64,000 nucleotides of DNA from Elusimicrobiota bacterium (GTDB taxonomy: Bacteria; Elusimicrobiota; Elusimicrobia; F11). Both the position numbers and the translations under genes were made by a program. Shown piece after piece: positions 55,798 through 64,000 of this stretch. Numbering within the stretch: position 1 is the stretch's first letter; every line of letters starts with the position of its first letter. The stretch covers positions 352,001 to 416,000 of the forward strand of contig JBGAON010000002.1 of NCBI GenBank assembly GCA_044221725.1, in the 5' to 3' direction. The notes under the pieces were generated by a model. That model saw only the letters and a program-made list of their open reading frames with translations. It was not told where the DNA came from and ran no database searches.

Positions 55798-56859
55798 ATG
55801 GCCCAACCTTTGCCGGAGATAGACCTCCAATCGATTGAAAAAGACGCGCTCGATGCTCTCGAGCGCGTTTCTTCGTTGCCTGACGTTGATGCGTTGCACG
55901 CCCGTTTCTTGGGCCGCAAAGATGGTCAATTGACGTCTGTTCTGCGCAATCTCGCAACACTTCCACCCGAAGAGAAAAAGCGCGTCGGTCAGGAAGCCAA
56001 CCGTATTCGCACCGTTCTCGAGGAAAAAATCTCGGCCAAGCAAAGTTCGTTGCGAGCGGCTGCGCTTTCCGCCAATCTCGAGAAAGAACAGGTCGATCTC
56101 ACTTTGCCCGGTACGCCGGTGCAACGTGGACATTCGCATCCGATCCTCAAGACGATTCGAGAAATTACCAGCATCTTTAAAAACATCGGTTTCGATGTTG
56201 CCGAAGGTCCCGAACTTGAGAGCGATCAATTTAATTTTACCGATCTGAATATTCCCGAGAACCATCCGGCGCGCGACATGCACGACACGTTCTATCTGGA
56301 CGGGCAAAAACTTTTGTTGCGCACGCACACCTCTCCCGTCCAAATTCGTGTAATGAAAGAAACGAAGCCACCGATTCGTTTGATATCACCGGGCCGCGTG
56401 TTTCGTCACGAAGCCACCGACGCCACCCACGCTGCAATCTTTCACCAGGTTGAAGGACTGGTCGTCGCCGAAGGTGTGACTTTTGGAGACTTAAAAGGAT
56501 TGCTCACGTACTTTGCGGAGAAATATTTTGGCCCGGCGACCAAAGTTCGCTTTATGCCGAGCTACTTTCCGTTTGTTGAACCTGGTGCGCAAATGGACGT
56601 GCAATGTTTCATGTGTCACGGCTCCCGAAAGACCGGAAACGGACAGAATTGCCCGCTTTGCAAAGCGACCGGATGGATTGAAATGCTGGGCGCCGGAATG
56701 GTGCATCCGCAGGTTTTGCGAAATGTCGGTTACGACGCTGAGAAGTATACAGGTCTCGCGTTTGGCATGGGCGTGGAGCGGATTATGATGACGCGTTCGG
56801 AAATTCGGGACATTCGGTACTTTCTGGAATCTGATTTGCGTTTCTTGGAGCAGTTTTAA
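55798..56859 (+). CDS. pheS: Phenylalanine--tRNA ligase alpha subunit
   Basis: HPARDMHDTFY, LRTHTSPVQ, FHQVEG, YFPF.EP, GAGMVHP, AFGMGVER. Confidence 0.98.
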   Translation: MAQPLPEIDLQSIEKDALDALERVSSLPDVDALHARFLGRKDGQLTSVLRNLATLPPEEKKRVGQEANRIRTVLEEKISAKQSSLRAAALSANLEKEQVDLTLPGTPVQRGHSHPILKTIREITSIFKNIGFDVAEGPELESDQFNFTDLNIPENHPARDMHDTFYLDGQKLLLRTHTSPVQIRVMKETKPPIRLISPGRVFRHEATDATHAAIFHQVEGLVVAEGVTFGDLKGLLTYFAEKYFGPATKVRFMPSYFPFVEPGAQMDVQCFMCHGSRKTGNGQNCPLCKATGWIEMLGAGMVHPQVLRNVGYDAEKYTGLAFGMGVERIMMTRSEIRDIRYFLESDLRFLEQF

Positions 56860-59225
56860 TGAAAGTCAGTTTTAACTGGCTTAAAGAGCTCGTGGAGCTT
56901 CCGTGGTCCGTTGAAGAAACGGCGGGCAAGCTTGCCGAATTGGGATTTCCAGTCGAGTCCATTGCAACGGTGGGTGTTTCTGTCTCGAATGTCGTGTCGG
57001 TCAAAATCGTATCGGTTGCGCGGCATCCGAACGCCGATCGGTTGCAAATTGCGCAGGTTACCGATGGAAAAAACGAGCGCACGATTGTTTGCGGCGCGCC
57101 CAATATTGCCGTGGGACAAATCGTTCCATGCGCGATGCCGGGCGCCAAACTTCCCGGCGGAATTGAAATTGTCGTTTCGAAGATTCGAGGCGTGGAGTCC
57201 AATGGCATGTTGTGCTCGGAGCGTGAGTTGGCGTTGTCCACCGAGCACGCCGGCATCCTGCAATTACCGGCCAACGCTCCGCTCGGCCGCGAAGTAAAAG
57301 AAATTTTGGGTTCCGACACTGTTCTCGATATTGAAATCACACCCAATCGTCCCGATCTTATGAGCCACATCGGCGTTGCCCGGGAACTGGCCGTGTTGGC
57401 GGGGCAGCCGCTTAGACTGCCCACGACAGCGTATAAAGCCGCGACGAAGGGAACCGTCTTCGACATAAAGATCGAGGAGCCAAAGCTTTGTTCGCGCTAC
57501 ACCGGAAAGCTCATTCATGGTGTGAAAATCGGTCCGTCTCCGTCGTGGATGGTTGAACGGCTTAAAGCTTGCGGAATTCGCTCCATCAACAATGTTGTGG
57601 ATATCACCAATTACGTGCTACTCGAATGGGGGCATCCTCTGCATGCGTTTGATGTGAAAAAAATCAAAGGCGAGAAGCTTGTTGTGCGCCGAGCGAAACC
57701 AGCGGAACGTTTTTTGGCGCTGGACGAGAAAACATACGAACTACGCCCGAACGATTTGGTGATCTCGGATGTCGAAGACGCGGTGGCGATTGCCGGTGTC
57801 ATGGGCGGACAATTAAGCGGAGTGACGAACGCAACGACCGACCTGTTGCTCGAAAGTGCCGTCTTTGATCGCGTCGCGGTGCGGGAGACATCTCGGCGCT
57901 TGGCATTGCGCAGTGAGAGTTCAATTCGTTTCGAGAAGGGAACCGATCCGGAAACGGCCGATGCGGCATCGGAGCGCGCGGCGTCGTTGATTTTGGAATT
58001 GGCCGGCGGAGCAGCGGGACGATCAACGGATGTGTATCCAGTAAAACAAAAGAAAAACACGGTCGTTCTTCGTAAAAAACGTATGAACGATTTGATAGGC
58101 GCTCCGCAGAAAGACGCGGCGGTCGCGAAAATTCTCAAATCAATGAACCTGGATCCAAAAGCGACAACCGGCGGTTGGAAATGCACGGTGCCCGCTTATC
58201 GTAAAGATTTGGTGGAAGAAGTGGATCTCATTGAAGAAGTTGTGCGCATGATCGGCTACAACAATGTCCCTACCGCGGCGTCGAGTGTGATCTTGGGAAA
58301 CATGACAAACACCTACAAAAAATGGGACGAAGGTCGACTCGTCGATTTTCTGCAGGGTTGCGGACTTACCGAGACAATTACGTCGAGCTTTTGTTTGCCA
58401 GAATTGGCGGGTCTCGCCGGCGCGCGAGCCGATCAATTGGCCATGCTCGCCAATCCGCTATCGAAAGAGGAAGCGATTCTGCGCCCAAATTTGTTGGCGA
58501 ATTTGCTTAAAGCCGTACAGCGCAATCTTAATTATCAACAAGACTCCGTGCGGCTTTTCGAGACCGGTCACGTGTTCACTAAAATTTCGGAGAGCGAGGT
58601 GCGAGAGGAAAAACGTCTGGCCGGAGTTTTGTGTGGATTCGCGACGCCAAAGGCATGGAACGCTGCGGCAAAAGAGGTGGATGTATTCGCGTTAAAAGGA
58701 ATCCTCGAAGAATTGTTTCGAGTGTTCCGCATCAAAGCGGAGTTGATTCCATCAGCGAAATCCAATTTGTTTCATCCCTATCAAGCGTTCGATATCTCCT
58801 GGCGCGGAAAGCGCGTGGGCCAAGCGGGGGTGCTGCACCCAAACATAAAACAGCAACTGGATATCACTCCGGCCTGCGCGGCCTTCGAAATCGACATGCA
58901 GATATTTCAATCGGAGTCGGTGGACAAAACGGTTCCGTTGCCACGTTATCCGTTCGTTGAACGCGATATCGCTGTCATCATCGGAAAAGAAAAGTTGTGG
59001 GCCGATATTTCTCGCACCGTTTCAAAGGCGGGTGGCGCATGGCTCAAAGATGTTTTCCCGTTCGATCTTTTTGAAGGCGGATCGCTTACGCCGGATCAAA
59101 AAAGCATCGCTTTCCGTGTCCGGCTGCAACATCCGGAACACACGCTCTCCGAATCCGAAATCACAGGCACGATTGACGCGATAAAGAACGCGCTCAAGGC
59201 CAATTGTGGCGCCCAGCTCCGCTGA
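56859..59225 (+). CDS. pheT: Phenylalanine--tRNA ligase beta subunit
   Basis: HPNADRL, VCGAPN, SNGMLCS, ITPNRPD, DITNYV, R.DL..E.DLIEEV, RYP..ERDIA. Confidence 0.98.
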   Translation: MKVSFNWLKELVELPWSVEETAGKLAELGFPVESIATVGVSVSNVVSVKIVSVARHPNADRLQIAQVTDGKNERTIVCGAPNIAVGQIVPCAMPGAKLPGGIEIVVSKIRGVESNGMLCSERELALSTEHAGILQLPANAPLGREVKEILGSDTVLDIEITPNRPDLMSHIGVARELAVLAGQPLRLPTTAYKAATKGTVFDIKIEEPKLCSRYTGKLIHGVKIGPSPSWMVERLKACGIRSINNVVDITNYVLLEWGHPLHAFDVKKIKGEKLVVRRAKPAERFLALDEKTYELRPNDLVISDVEDAVAIAGVMGGQLSGVTNATTDLLLESAVFDRVAVRETSRRLALRSESSIRFEKGTDPETADAASERAASLILELAGGAAGRSTDVYPVKQKKNTVVLRKKRMNDLIGAPQKDAAVAKILKSMNLDPKATTGGWKCTVPAYRKDLVEEVDLIEEVVRMIGYNNVPTAASSVILGNMTNTYKKWDEGRLVDFLQGCGLTETITSSFCLPELAGLAGARADQLAMLANPLSKEEAILRPNLLANLLKAVQRNLNYQQDSVRLFETGHVFTKISESEVREEKRLAGVLCGFATPKAWNAAAKEVDVFALKGILEELFRVFRIKAELIPSAKSNLFHPYQAFDISWRGKRVGQAGVLHPNIKQQLDITPACAAFEIDMQIFQSESVDKTVPLPRYPFVERDIAVIIGKEKLWADISRTVSKAGGAWLKDVFPFDLFEGGSLTPDQKSIAFRVRLQHPEHTLSESEITGTIDAIKNALKANCGAQLR

Positions 59226-60759
59226 ATTCTCATATCGCACCCGCCAAGAAATCTGGGCCCAATTAAAATCTCGTCAACAAAAGCCTCTTAACGTTGCCAT
59301 CGTTGGCGGCGGTATTGTCGGTGCCGGTTTGCTGCGGGAGTTCGCGTTGCGCGGCGAGAATGACGTCGTCCTTTTCGAAAAAAAAGATTTCGCATCGGCG
59401 ACGAGTGGATATTCGAGCAAACTCATCCACGCAGGAATCCGTTATCTTGAACAAGTATGGGTTCATTTGAAACACCTTCGCGTCCTCGCCGCTTGGCAAA
59501 ATCTTCGGTTTGTTACTCAGGCTTCGTTGGAACGAAAACGTCTTGGCACGCTCGCTCCGGGCCTCGTCAAACCCAAGCCCATCTTTCTTGTGCTAGCGAA
59601 ATCCGACCCAAGGTCGGTTCTCAGTGTGATTTCAGGCGTTTGGATCTATTATTTGACGCAGCTTTGCCAAGGTCAATTTTTTTCGGTGCCCCGCATGGCG
59701 GTTTCAAAACGAGCAATAAAAAAAGCAGCGCCGGAGCTGGACTCTGACCGAGTAAAGGCCTGTTTTTCATTCTGGGACTCCGAAACCGACGATGCGCGGC
59801 TCGTCATCGAAACGCTTCGGTCGGCGTACGACAATGGCGCGAAAGCGCTCAACTACATGGAGCTAATCGAATATTCCCAGATGAGCGATCATGTCGAATT
59901 TGCGATAAAAGACAATGAGAGCGGAGAAATTCTTCGGCTTCGTGCAAAAAAGTTGATTGATGCGACCGGGCCGTTCGTTGATGACACGCGCCGTCGCGAA
60001 AATGTGACCCGTTCAAATGAGCCTCTTGTGGATCGTGTTGCCGGGGCCCATATCGATGTATACCCGGCCGTGTCCGACAAATCTTTTTACGTGAGCGCCA
60101 GTGACAACCGGCTCGTGTTTCTGCTCAAGCGGAACGAGGACGGCCTTGTCTACACCCGCATTGGCACCACCGAACGTCCGCTTGCCGAAAACGAATCGTC
60201 GGATGATCCAATTCCTACGACCGGCGAAATCGAATATCTGAAATCGATTGCAAAAGAATATTTCCCACAGGCGGTGATTGATAACAAAACGATTGTTCGC
60301 TTGAACTCAGGCATTCGTCCGCTGCGCGCTCAGCACGGCGTTGGAGCATTTCAGAAAAGCCGCGAGCACGATATTCTCGTGGAGGGAAATGTTGTTCGCG
60401 TGATCGGCGTTAAGCTGACGGATTTTCGCCGCGTTGCTGAAGAGGTGGGGGATTTGTTTCATTTGCCTAACAGGAATCGATCCAAAATCGTGCCGATTCG
60501 CTCGGAAGCCGTCGATCGGATTTATTGTGAGGCGTCTATGGAGGAGATTGTGCGCCGGACCATGCCTCTTCATTGGGACGATTACGTTCTTCGAAGAAAA
60601 GGCCTAAAGCCTCTGCTCGATCTGAAGATTCGGCCGAACGAATACCAGTCGGAATTTAATGCGTTCGCGGACCGAATGGGCTGGACATCCGAGCAGCGTC
60701 ACGCCGAAAAAGAAAACGTCAGCCAAAAACGAGAAGTCCCACGCCCGGGGGAAAGATAA
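59206..60759 (+). CDS. FAD-dependent glycerol-3-phosphate dehydrogenase/oxidase-like protein (divergent)
   Basis: GGGIVG, DFASATS..SSKLIH.G.RYL, DDARL, GTT, GIRPL, SREH. Confidence 0.82.
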   Translation: MAPSSAEFSYRTRQEIWAQLKSRQQKPLNVAIVGGGIVGAGLLREFALRGENDVVLFEKKDFASATSGYSSKLIHAGIRYLEQVWVHLKHLRVLAAWQNLRFVTQASLERKRLGTLAPGLVKPKPIFLVLAKSDPRSVLSVISGVWIYYLTQLCQGQFFSVPRMAVSKRAIKKAAPELDSDRVKACFSFWDSETDDARLVIETLRSAYDNGAKALNYMELIEYSQMSDHVEFAIKDNESGEILRLRAKKLIDATGPFVDDTRRRENVTRSNEPLVDRVAGAHIDVYPAVSDKSFYVSASDNRLVFLLKRNEDGLVYTRIGTTERPLAENESSDDPIPTTGEIEYLKSIAKEYFPQAVIDNKTIVRLNSGIRPLRAQHGVGAFQKSREHDILVEGNVVRVIGVKLTDFRRVAEEVGDLFHLPNRNRSKIVPIRSEAVDRIYCEASMEEIVRRTMPLHWDDYVLRRKGLKPLLDLKIRPNEYQSEFNAFADRMGWTSEQRHAEKENVSQKREVPRPGER

Positions 60760-60807
60760 GCGTAGGACTCTCGTAATCAGCTGACGTTTGTTAGACGTCG
60801 AAGTTGT

Positions 60808-61956
60808 TTAGAACGTGACCAAGAATTGCAGGGCGCCCGTGGACGCGCTGTCTTTTGCCACTCCTTTGTCATCCACCCAGAGTTTCTTGTTGGATGTGTC
60901 GTAGCGATATTCCGCACGAACTTGAATATTGTCGGTGAGTTTGTAACCCGGCGTAATTGTGAAGTTCGTTTCGCAGGTGTCTTTGATCAATGTCGAAACT
61001 CCACCCGCGGCGTTGTTGCGGTAGCCTTGCGGATCGGAGAAATATTCCAGACGTGCACCAACCGTGAACTTGTCGGTGAAGTGAACGAGAGGTTGGATGC
61101 CAGCGCCGCTCCAGCTCGCGCGATCATCCTGAAGTCCTCCGCCGTCAAAATCCCCGGCATTTCTTTCGCTACCAGCATTCGCTTGGAGATAAAGATCCGT
61201 CTTCGGAATGATCTTCGTGAGAATTGTGATGTCAGCGCTGTCGCGGATATTGCCGGACTTGCCGTCCACGATGCCATTAACCGTGCTCTGGTTCTGTTCC
61301 GGACCGGACAAACCAGAAATCGTAACGGATAATGGATCGCCGAAGTTCAAGCCGATTTTTCCAACGAGTGTTTTGCCAGGATTGTTGTCATTTGGAACGT
61401 CCCAACCGTTGACCACACCGGCGGCCACATCGAATTTTCCCATTGCGTAGGACAGCACGCCGCCCACATGCGTGAAAGGCTCAGCCAAACCATAAAGATA
61501 ACCACGGCTAATCGTGGGGTTTGCATTGGTCTCGATCACTTCGATACCTTCGAAGGTCGCGAACTTACCCGCTTTAATTCCGAGATGCGTGATCGGGCAT
61601 TTGTAGGTCAAATAGCCTTCTTGAAGAACAACGGCGGATCCACTCGCGCCACCAACGGTCACGTTGGCATCATGACCGGCATCCAAGTCGACCACGTAAC
61701 CAATTCCTTCCCCGAAAGAACCAGCCAGTGATACGTGTGCCGTGTTAGCAATGTTGTTGTTTTGCGCATCGTAGCTGCGAAGAGTGGTCGTTTCCGATGC
61801 GGGTTTGTTGAAGTTATATCCGTACTGAGTATCGACATAACCGCTGATGGTTGGGCCGGTCATCGTTGTTTCACCGTTTACCATCGTTGTTGCTGCTATC
61901 AATGGAAGTACCATCCCAACAGCGCGTAGGATGTTCCCCCTGTTATTCCTAATCAT
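60808..61956 (-). CDS. Outer-membrane porin, BBP2/DUF1597 family
   Basis: RBS AGGAGG; ISGYVD..Y.YNFN.P, GKF.T..G.EVIE...N...SR, PFTH.G, NGWD, RAEYRYD; terminal Phe. Confidence 0.88.
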   Translation of the reverse strand: MIRNNRGNILRAVGMVLPLIAATTMVNGETTMTGPTISGYVDTQYGYNFNKPASETTTLRSYDAQNNNIANTAHVSLAGSFGEGIGYVVDLDAGHDANVTVGGASGSAVVLQEGYLTYKCPITHLGIKAGKFATFEGIEVIETNANPTISRGYLYGLAEPFTHVGGVLSYAMGKFDVAAGVVNGWDVPNDNNPGKTLVGKIGLNFGDPLSVTISGLSGPEQNQSTVNGIVDGKSGNIRDSADITILTKIIPKTDLYLQANAGSERNAGDFDGGGLQDDRASWSGAGIQPLVHFTDKFTVGARLEYFSDPQGYRNNAAGGVSTLIKDTCETNFTITPGYKLTDNIQVRAEYRYDTSNKKLWVDDKGVAKDSASTGALQFLVTF

Positions 61957-62010
61957 GTACTTAGCCTCCTTAAGTATTAAGCCTCTTTAACCATCGGGAA
62001 GCAATTTGGC

Positions 62011-62045
62011 AAAAAAAAACCTTCTCAAGATGATTCCTGAGAAGG
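62011..62045 (-). terminator. Intrinsic terminator in the porin leader (attenuator)
   Basis: Minus strand CCTTCTCAGGA-ATCA-TCTTGAGAAGG followed by a long U-tract, upstream of the porin RBS. Confidence 0.88.
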
Positions 62046-62078
62046 CTACATTGCCGAACTGCTCGCCCGCATCGTTGC
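62044..62078 (-). promoter_or_regulatory. ANTAR-type dual-hairpin RNA motif
   Basis: P1 GC-AACGAT-GC, 13-nt linker, P2 GGC-AATGTA-GCC; both hexaloops have A1/G4; P2 overlaps the terminator 5' arm. Confidence 0.8.
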
Positions 62079-62091
62079 TTGCGATGTGTGC

Positions 62092-62121
62092 CTGATACCA
62101 GAAAAGTTTTTTGCGTGTCAA
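62092..62121 (-). promoter_or_regulatory. Putative sigma70 promoter of the porin leader
   Basis: Minus strand TTGACA-18 nt-TATCAG with TG extension. Confidence 0.5.
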
Positions 62122-62182
62122 CTCTTTTTTATTTCGTTTTTGCAATTTGATTGTGTTTCCTGCGATGTGATATCGTCGCGAT

Positions 62183-62467
62183 ATGGAAATTATCGACGAG
62201 CTTACCCAAAAAGTTCAGCAGGCTGCCGAAGAATTGATTTCTCTAAAAAAAGAGCGTCAGCAAACGCTTGCGGAGCTGGATCAGCTTCGGTCACAGTTGC
62301 GCGATTACCAAACGACGCGCCGCGATAACGAAAAATTACGAAGGGATCAAGATCAGCTTCGAACCCGCCTACAGAAGCTCCAAAAGAAGATCGAGAAACA
62401 TTTGCTTGTAGAAACAACGCTGGCATCCCAGATGAGAGGAGACTTCAATGAAGAACGTCCTCAATGA
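62183..62467 (+). CDS. ZapB-like coiled-coil protein
   Basis: IDELTQKVQQA.E.L..LK.E coiled coil directly upstream of zapA. Confidence 0.7.
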   Translation: MEIIDELTQKVQQAAEELISLKKERQQTLAELDQLRSQLRDYQTTRRDNEKLRRDQDQLRTRLQKLQKKIEKHLLVETTLASQMRGDFNEERPQ

Positions 62468-62747
62468 ACGCGTGCGCGTCCTTATTTTTGGACGCGAATA
62501 CGAAATGGATCCGGGGGGATTAACACCTCTCGAAGTGCAGAGTTTGGCGACGTTTGTTGACGACAAAATGCGCGAGATCGCCGAAGATTTTTCGATTGTC
62601 GATACACAGAAGGTGGCCGTGCTGGCCGCAATCAACATTGCGTTGGATTATTTGCAGCTCAAAGAGAAAGGCCAATCGAAGGGAAAAGATCTCACCGAGC
62701 AGTTGCAGTCGCTTTCCGAAACGTTAACGCACGCACTGAATCGATAA
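62448..62747 (+). CDS. zapA: Cell division protein ZapA
   Basis: V.IFGREY, LA..VD.KM.EI, AVLAAINIA. Confidence 0.9.
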   Translation: MKNVLNERVRVLIFGREYEMDPGGLTPLEVQSLATFVDDKMREIAEDFSIVDTQKVAVLAAINIALDYLQLKEKGQSKGKDLTEQLQSLSETLTHALNR

Positions 62748-62748
62748 G

Positions 62749-64000
62749 TTGGAACTCTTTCAAACCAAACCCGCGCCCGTTATTTCGTCTTCGTCTCCGT
62801 TAGCGGCGCGCATGGCTCCCCGCGACTGGCCGGAGTTTATTGGCCAAGAACATCTCGTTTCCAACGGAAGTTTGCTTCGCCGCGCCATTGAAGCCGATCG
62901 CTTGGGATCGAGTATTTTCTTCGGTCCGCCCGGAACCGGTAAAACAGCGTTGGCACGCATGGCCGCAAAAAAATCGCAGGCGGCCATTGAATACGTGAAC
63001 GCGGTGACAGCGGGTGTTGCCGAACTTCGCAATGTCGTAAAGCGCGCCATTGATCGCAAGCGCGCCAATGGTCAACGCACGCTTTTGATCGTGGACGAAA
63101 TCCACCACTTCAACCGCAGCCAACAAGATTCGTTATTGCCTGATGTGGAGCGTGGGAATCTCACGCTGGTCGGGCTCACGACGGAGAATCCTTATTTTTA
63201 TGTGAACACGGCGCTCATGTCGCGTTCCACCGCGTTTGAATTCAAACCCCTTAGCGATCAGGCTCTGCGACGCATTTATGATAATGCCCTCGTCGATTCG
63301 GATCGTGGTTTGGGGAATTTCAAAACAAATATCTCCGACGAAGCGCGCGATCACTTTATTCGTTGGGCCGAAGGCGACGCACGGCGGATGCTGAACTCGT
63401 TGGAATTGGCAGTGACCACAACAACGGCCAAAGACGATGCAATCGTCATCGATCTCGATGTCGCGCAAGCATCAACACAAAAGCGACCGATTCGTTACGA
63501 CAAATCCGGTGACGAGCATTACGACACAATTTCCGCATTTATTAAATCGATGCGCGGCAGCGATCCCGATGCGGCTCTTTATTGGATGGCGAAAATGTTG
63601 TTGGCGGGGGAAGATCCGCGGTTTGTTGCGCGACGCATAATGATTTTTGCGGCGGAAGATGTTGGTAACGCGGATCCCCAGGCGATCGCGGTCGCCACCT
63701 CCGCGGCGCGAATGGTGGAGATGGTCGGCATGCCGGAAGCGCGAATTCCATTGGCGCAAGCCGTAACGTACGTGGCAACCGCACCAAAATCGAACGCCGC
63801 CTATATGGCCATCGCCAAGGCCGAAGAAGAAGTGAAAACCGGAAAGCGACGAGAGGTACCAAACGCTCTGAAGGATTCGAGCGGCGATGCGAAGTCCCGT
63901 GGGCATGGCGACGACTACCTTTATCCGCACAATTTTCCCGGGCACCATGTTAAGCAAACGTACATGCCGCAACGCGTAAATTTTTACGAACCATCCGATC
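62749..64000 (+). CDS. rarA: Replication-associated recombination protein A (3' truncated by window edge)
   Basis: Absent from ORF track; TTG 62749 MELF...PLAARMAP...IGQEHL, GPPGTGKT, DEIHHFN..QQD.LLP, HYD.ISAFIKSMRGSDPD, EDVGNADP, GMPE, YLYPH. Confidence 0.95.
   Translation, partial: MELFQTKPAPVISSSSPLAARMAPRDWPEFIGQEHLVSNGSLLRRAIEADRLGSSIFFGPPGTGKTALARMAAKKSQAAIEYVNAVTAGVAELRNVVKRAIDRKRANGQRTLLIVDEIHHFNRSQQDSLLPDVERGNLTLVGLTTENPYFYVNTALMSRSTAFEFKPLSDQALRRIYDNALVDSDRGLGNFKTNISDEARDHFIRWAEGDARRMLNSLELAVTTTTAKDDAIVIDLDVAQASTQKRPIRYDKSGDEHYDTISAFIKSMRGSDPDAALYWMAKMLLAGEDPRFVARRIMIFAAEDVGNADPQAIAVATSAARMVEMVGMPEARIPLAQAVTYVATAPKSNAAYMAIAKAEEEVKTGKRREVPNALKDSSGDAKSRGHGDDYLYPHNFPGHHVKQTYMPQRVNFYEPSD

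Noticed and set aside
56600..56670. CxxC...CxxC insert in PheS as a novelty
   Set aside because: Such a Cys-rich insert is common in PheS of many phyla

Overview
Bacterial chromosomal window from a diderm organism. The taxon cannot be established from sequence alone; the ~2,250-aa secreted mosaic protein is reminiscent of Elusimicrobiota/Omnitrophota, which is an inference. Layout: (i) 1-7.6 kb housekeeping and cofactor genes: 3' part of pgk, secG, tRNA-Leu, tRNA-Gly, TPR protein, CsgG-like lipoprotein, nadA, DUF2203, folE, HAD phosphatase, moeB-rhodanese and an NHL propeller. (ii) A 6.8-kb gene for a large exported mosaic protein with a ChaN/EreA/TraB-like N-domain, two membrane bundles carrying CPBP-like His motifs, and a WD40 propeller, followed by tRNA-Cys with a structured element in its leader. 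(iii) A ~36-kb accessory block between tRNA-Cys and tRNA-Val made almost entirely of envelope proteins: about 13 outer-membrane beta-barrels plus a deleted OprO/P porin relic, three Cys-rich repeat proteins, exported glutaminase, sulfatase, FGE and amidohydrolase, MscS, PlpD-like patatin, PLD and AsmA. No integrase, TonB system or ABC permease is visible in it. (iv) thrS, an inserted pldA/ompA pair, infC (ATC start)-rpmI-rplT-pheS-pheT, a GlpD-like gene, a BBP2 porin whose leader has an ANTAR-type dual-hairpin/terminator switch, zapB-like, zapA and the 5' part of rarA. Four CGTC-tagged palindromic elements are scattered through the window: one is in frame inside a protein N-terminus, one appears to supply a gene start, and one lies between rpmI and rplT. 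No CRISPR, rRNA, transposase or prophage genes were seen.
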